Part shown: positions 58,501 to 64,000 of the stretch, piece by piece
Position numbering within the stretch: the stretch's first letter is position 1
Layout of the letters: every line of letters begins with the position of its first letter
Origin: the human T2T-CHM13v2.0 reference genome, Homo sapiens
Strand: one strand, 5' to 3'
DNA length: 64,000 nucleotides
NCBI RefSeq assembly: GCF_009914755.1
Contig: NC_060925.1
Notes under the pieces: model-generated
The model's input: only the letters and a program-made list of their open reading frames with translations
Told to the model about the DNA's origin: nothing
The model's database searches: none
Position numbers and translations under genes: made by a program

Positions 58501-61500
58501 AACGGAATTGAATGGAATCGTCATCGAATGAATTGAAAGCAATCATCGAATGGTCTCGAATGGAATCATCTTCAAATGGAATGGAATGGAATCATCGCAT
58601 AGAATCGAATGGAATTATCATCGAATGGAATCGAATGGAATCAACGTCAAACGGAAAAAAACGGAATTATCAAATGGAATCGAAGAGAATCATCGAATGG
58701 ACCCGAATGGAATCATCTAATGGAATGGAATGGAATAATCCATGGACTCGAATGCAATCATCATCGAATGGAATCGAATGGAATCATCGAATGGACTCGA
58801 ATGGAATAATCATTGAACGGAATCGAATGGAATCATCATCGGATGGAAATGAATGGAATCATCATCGAATGGAATCGAATAGAATTATGGAATGAAATCC
58901 AGTGTGATCATCATCGAATGGACCCGAATGGAATCATCATCCAACGGAAGCTAATGGAATCAACATCGAATGAATCAAACGGAAACACCATCGAATTGAA
59001 ACGAATGGAATTACCATGAAATTGAAATGGATGGACTCATCATCGAATGGATTCGAATGGAATCATCGAATAAAATTGATTGAAATCATCATCGAATGGA
59101 ATCGAATGGTATCATTGAATGGAATCGAATGGAATCATCATCAGATGGAAATGAATGGAATCGTCATAGAATGGAATCGAATGGATTCATTGAATGGAAT
59201 CAGATGGAATCATCGAATGGACTGGAATGGAATCATTGAATGGACTCGAAAGGGATCATTATTGAATGGAATTGAATGGAATCATCGAATGGTCTCGATT
59301 GGAATCATTATCAAATGGAATCGAATGGAATCACCGAATAGAATCGAATGGAACAATCATCGAATGGACACAAATGGAATTATCCTAAAATGGAATCGAA
59401 TGGAATTATCGAATGCAATCGAATGGAATTATCGAATGCAATCGAATAGAATCATCGAATGGACTCGAATGGAATCATCGAATGGAATGGAATGGAACAG
59501 TCAATGAACTCGAATGGAATCATCATTGAATGGAATCGAATGGTATCATCGAGTGGAATCGAATGTAATCATCATCAAATGGAATCAAAAATAACCATCA
59601 TCAAATGGAATCAAAAATAACCATCATCAATTGGTAGTGAATGGAATTCTCATCAAATGGAATTCAAAGGAATCATCATCAAATGGAACCGAATGGAATC
59701 CTCATTGAATGGAAATGAAAGGGGTTATCATCTAATGGAATCGCATGGAATCATCATAAAATGGAATCGAATGGAATCAACATCAAATGGAATCAAATGG
59801 AATCATTGAACGGAATTGAATGGAATCGTCATCGAATGAATTGAATGCAATCATCGAATGGTCTCGAATGGAATCATCTTCAAATGGAATGGAATGGAAT
59901 CAGCACATAGAATCGAATGGAATTATCATCGAATGGAATCGAATGGAATCAACATCAAACGGAAAAAAACGGAATTATCGAATGCAATCGAAGAGAATCA
60001 TCGAATGGACCCGAATGGAATCATCTAATGGAATGGAATGGAATAATCCATGGACTCGAATGCAATCATCATCGAATGGAATCGAATGGAATCATCGAAT
60101 GGACTCGAATGGAATAATCATTGAACGGAATCGAATGGAATCATCATCGGATGGAAACGAATGGAATCATCATCGAATGGAATCAAATAGAATTATGGAA
60201 TGAAATCCAGTGTGATCATCATCGAATGGACCCGAATGGAATCATCATCCAACGGAAGCTAATGGAATCAACATCGAATGAATCAAATGGAAACACCATC
60301 GAATTGAAACGAATGGAATTACCATGAAATTGAAATGGATGGACTCATCATCAAATGGATTCGAATGGATTCATCAAATAAAATTGATTGAAATCATCAT
60401 CGAATGGAATCGAATGGTATCATTGAATGGAATCGAATGGAATCATCATCAGATGGAAATGAATGGAATCGTCATAGAATGGAATCGAATGGATTCATTG
60501 AATGGAATCAGATGGAATCATTGAATGGACTGGAATGGAATCATTGAATGGACTCGAAAGGGATCATTATTGAATGGAATTGAATGGAATCATCGAATGG
60601 TCTCGATTGGAATCATTATCAAATGGAATCGAATGGAATCACCGAATAGAATCGAATGGAACAATCATCGAATGGACTCAAATGGAATTATCCTCCAATG
60701 GAATCGAATGGAATTATCGAATGCAATCGAATGGAATTATCGAATGCAATCGAATAGAATCATCGAATGGACTCGAATGGAATCATCGAATGGAATGGAA
60801 TGGAACAGTCAATGAACTCGAATGGAATCATCATTGAATGGAATCGAATGGAATCATCGAGTGGAATCGAAAGGAATTATGACCAAATGGAATCGAATGT
60901 AATCATCATCAAATGGAATCAAAAATAACCATCATCAATTGGTATTGAATGGAATTGTCATCAAATGGAATTCAAAGGAATCATCATCAAATGGAACCGA
61001 ATGGAATCCTCATTGAATGGAAATGAAAGGGGTCATCATCTAATGGAATCGCATGGAATCATCATCAAATGGAATCGAATGGAATCATCATCAAATGGAA
61101 TCAAATGGAATCATTGAACAGAATTGAATGGAATGGTCATCGAATGAGTTGAATGCAATCATCGAATGGTCTCGAATGGAATCATCTTCTAATGGAAAGG
61201 AATGGAATCATCGCATAGAATCGAATGGAATTATCATCGAATGGAATCGAATGGTATCAACACCAAACGGAAAAAAACGGAATTATCGAATGGAATCGAA
61301 GAGAATCTTCGAACGGACCCGAATGGAATCATCTAATGGAATGGAATGGAATAATCAATGGACTCGAATGCAATCATCATCGAATGGAATCGAATGGAAT
61401 CATCGAATGGACTCGAATGGAATAATCATTGAACGGAATCGAATGGAATCATCATCGGATGGAAACGAATGGAATCATCATCGAATGGAAATGAAAGGAG

Positions 61501-62815
61501 TCATCATCTAATGGAATTGCATGGAATCATCATAAAATGGAATCGAATGGAATCAACATCAAATGGAATCAAATGGAATCATTGAACGGAATTGAATGGA
61601 ATCGTCATCGAATGAATTGAATGCAATCATCGAATGGTCTCGAATGGAATCATCTTCAAATGGAATGGAATGGAATCATCGCATAGAATCGAATGGAATT
61701 ATCATCGAATGGAATCGAATGGAATCAACATCCAACGGAAAAAAACGGAATTATCGAATGGAATCGAAGAGAATCATCGAATGGACCCGAATGGAATCAT
61801 CTAATGGAATGGAATGGAATAATCCATGGACTCGAATGCAATCATCATCGAATGGAATCGAATGGAATCATCGAATGGACTCGAATGGAATAATCATTGA
61901 ACGGAATCGAATGGAATCATCATCGGATGGAAACGAATGGAATCATCATCGAATGGAAATGAAAGGAGTCATCATCTAATGGAATTGCATGGAATCATCA
62001 TAAAATGGAATCGAATGGAATCATCATCAAATGGAATCAAATGGAATCATTGAACGGAATTGAATGGAATCGTCATCGAATGAATTGAATGCAATCATCG
62101 AATGGTCTCGAATGGAATCATCTTCAAATGGAATGGAATGGAATCATCGCATAGAATCGAATGGAATTATCATCGAATGGAATCGAATGGTATCAACATC
62201 AAACGGAAAAAAACGGAATTATCGAATGGAATCAAAGAGAATCTTCGAACGGACCCGAATGGAATCATCTAATGGAATGGAATGGAATAATCCATGGACT
62301 CGAATGCAATCATCATCGAATGGAATCGAATGGAATCATTGAAAGGACTCGTATGGAATAATCATTGAACGGAATCGAATGGAATCATCATCGGATGGAA
62401 ATGAATGGAATCATCATCGAATGGAATCGAATAGAATTATGGAATGAAATCCAGTGTGATCATCATCGAATGGACCCGAATGGAATCATCATCCAACGGA
62501 AGCTAATGGAATCAACATCCAATGAATCGAATGGAAACACCATCGAATTGAAACGAATGGAATTATCATGAAATTGAAATGGATGGACTCATCATCGAAT
62601 GGATTCGAATGGAATCATCGAATAAAATTGATTGAAATCATCATCGAATGGAATCGAATGGTATCATTGAATGGAATCGAATGGAATCATCATCAGATGG
62701 AAATGAATGGAATCGTCATAGAATGGAATCGAATGGATTCATTGAATGGAATCAGATGGAATCATCGAATGGACTGGAATGGAATCATTGAATGGACTCG
62801 AAAGGGATCATTATT
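54806..62815 (+). repeat. Heterogeneous distal domain rich in three-sub-repeat units (2240, 2218, 1308, 2244 bp)
   Basis: Anchors at 54558, 56798, 59016, 60324 and 62568 give these spacings. The 2244-bp unit has sub-repeat ORFs at 61128, 61596 and 62064, each 468 bp apart. Confidence 0.8.
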
Positions 62816-64000
62816 GAATGGAATTGAATGGAATCATCGAATGGTCTCGATTGGAATCATTATCAAATGGAATCGAATGGAATCACCGAATAGAATCGAA
62901 TGGAACAATCATCGAATGGACTCAAATGGAATTATCCTCAAATAGAATCGAATGGAATTATCGAATGCAATCGAATGGAGTTATCGAATGCAATCGAATA
63001 GAATCATCGAATGGACTCGAATGGAATCATCGAATGGAATGGAATGGAACAGTCAATAAACTCGAATGGAATCATCATTGAATGGAATCGAATGGAATCA
63101 TCGAGTGGAATCGAATGGAATTATGATCAAATGGAATCGAATGTAATCATCATCAAATGGAATCAAAAATAACCATCATCAATTGGTATTGAATGGAATT
63201 GTCATCAAATGGAATTCAAAGGAATCATCATCAAATGGAACCGAATGGAATCCTCATTGAATGGAAATGAAAGGGGTCATCATCTAATGGAATCGCATGG
63301 AATCATCATCAAATGGAATCGAATGGAATCATCATCAAATGGAATCGAAAGGAATCATTGAAAGAATTGAATGGAATCATCATCGAATGAATTGAATGCA
63401 ATCATCGAATGGTCTCGAATGGAATCATCTTCTAATGGAAAGGAATGGAATCATCGCATAGAATCGAATGGAATTATCATCGAATGGAATCGAATGGTAT
63501 CAACACCAAACGGAAAAAAACGGAATTATCGAATGGAATCGAAGAGAATCTTCGAACGGACCCGAATGGAATCATCTAATGGAATGGAATGGAATAATCC
63601 ATGGAGTCGAATGCAATCATCATCGAATGGAATCGAATGGAATCATCGAATGGACTCGAATGGAATAATCATTGAACGGAATCGAATGGAATCATCATCG
63701 GATGGAAACGAATGGAATCATCATCGAATGGAAATGAAAGGAGTCATCATCTAATGGAATTGCATGGAATCATCATCAAATGGAATCGAATGGAATCAAC
63801 ATCAAATGGAATCAAATGGAATCATTGAACGGAATTGAATGGAATCGTCATCGAATGAATTGAATGCAATCATCGAATGGTCTCGAATGGAATCATCTTC
63901 AAATGGAATGGAATGGAATCATCGCATAGAATCGAATGGAATTATCATCGAATGGAATCGAATGGAATCAACATCAAACGGAAAAAAACGTAATTATCGA

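Larger units (their letters stand above)
1..64000 (+). repeat. Human Satellite II (HSat2/HSATII) pericentromeric tandem array, ~1.77-kb-unit type (HSat2A-like, probably chr1q12)
   Basis: The entire window consists of GAATGGAATCATCATCGAATGGAATC-like 23-26-bp motifs, dense in TCGA and CATCATCGAATGGAA. Runs of perfect GGAAT are short (about 3-4 copies), which is HSat2-like rather than HSat3-like. The modal long period is 1776 bp. The GGAAT strand stays on + with no switch. The family call is firm; subfamily and chromosome are inferred from unit length. Confidence 0.97.

Noticed and set aside
1-64000. Numerous + strand ORFs of 60-163 aa rich in MEWN/GIIEW/RMES
   Set aside because: They are translations of GGAAT-based repeats that overlap in several frames and recur with each unit. 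SNVs and indels open and close them with no sign of frame preservation, and there is no recognisable domain or gene structure.
1-64000. All ORFs on one strand, resembling an operon or co-directional gene array
   Set aside because: This is a compositional effect. Abundant TCA on + reads as TGA stops on the - strand, while the + strand is stop-poor.
1-64000. CRISPR-like array of 23-26-bp repeats
   Set aside because: There are no unique spacers, no leader and no cas genes. The intervening sequence is the same satellite motif.
1-64000. HSat3, alpha satellite or telomeric repeat
   Set aside because: There are no long perfect (GGAAT)n runs, no 171-bp monomer or CENP-B box, and no TTAGGG arrays. 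CATCATCGAATGGAATCG dominance indicates HSat2.
1-64000. Embedded transposon, inversion or foreign insert
   Set aside because: All 35 anchor spacings are accounted for by sub-repeat number plus indels of 49 bp or less. I saw no CATTC-strand segment, poly-A tail or non-satellite stretch.

Overview
The whole 64 kb window is one uninterrupted tandem array of human (or great-ape) classical Satellite II (HSat2/HSATII). It is built from diverged GGAAT/CGAAT/CATCAT motifs, with the GGAAT-rich strand on + throughout. I see no gene, RNA gene, transposon, CRISPR array, inversion or unique sequence, and all listed ORFs are by-products of the stop-poor satellite strand. The dominant unit is 1776 bp with a conserved EcoRI site, which fits the 1.77-kb HSat2A satellite of pericentromeric 1q12; the chromosome is inferred, not proven. 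The interest is in the array's architecture. Using a once-per-unit anchor, the 35 full intervals follow about 840 + 468 x n bp: n=1 gives 1308/1309 (10 units), n=2 gives about 1776 (17), and n=3 gives 2195-2244 (8). Diagnostic SNVs show a 4860-bp three-unit higher-order repeat in the first ~16 kb, an ~8.8-kb five-unit organisation at 13-36 kb, a three-unit block duplicated at 8809 bp, and a very recent 1776-bp tandem duplication. There are also several chimeric units with mappable breakpoints, indels mostly of 23/26/49 bp, and one unusually diverged 419-bp sub-repeat. Unit labels A-G are my own. I found no novel protein-coding system.
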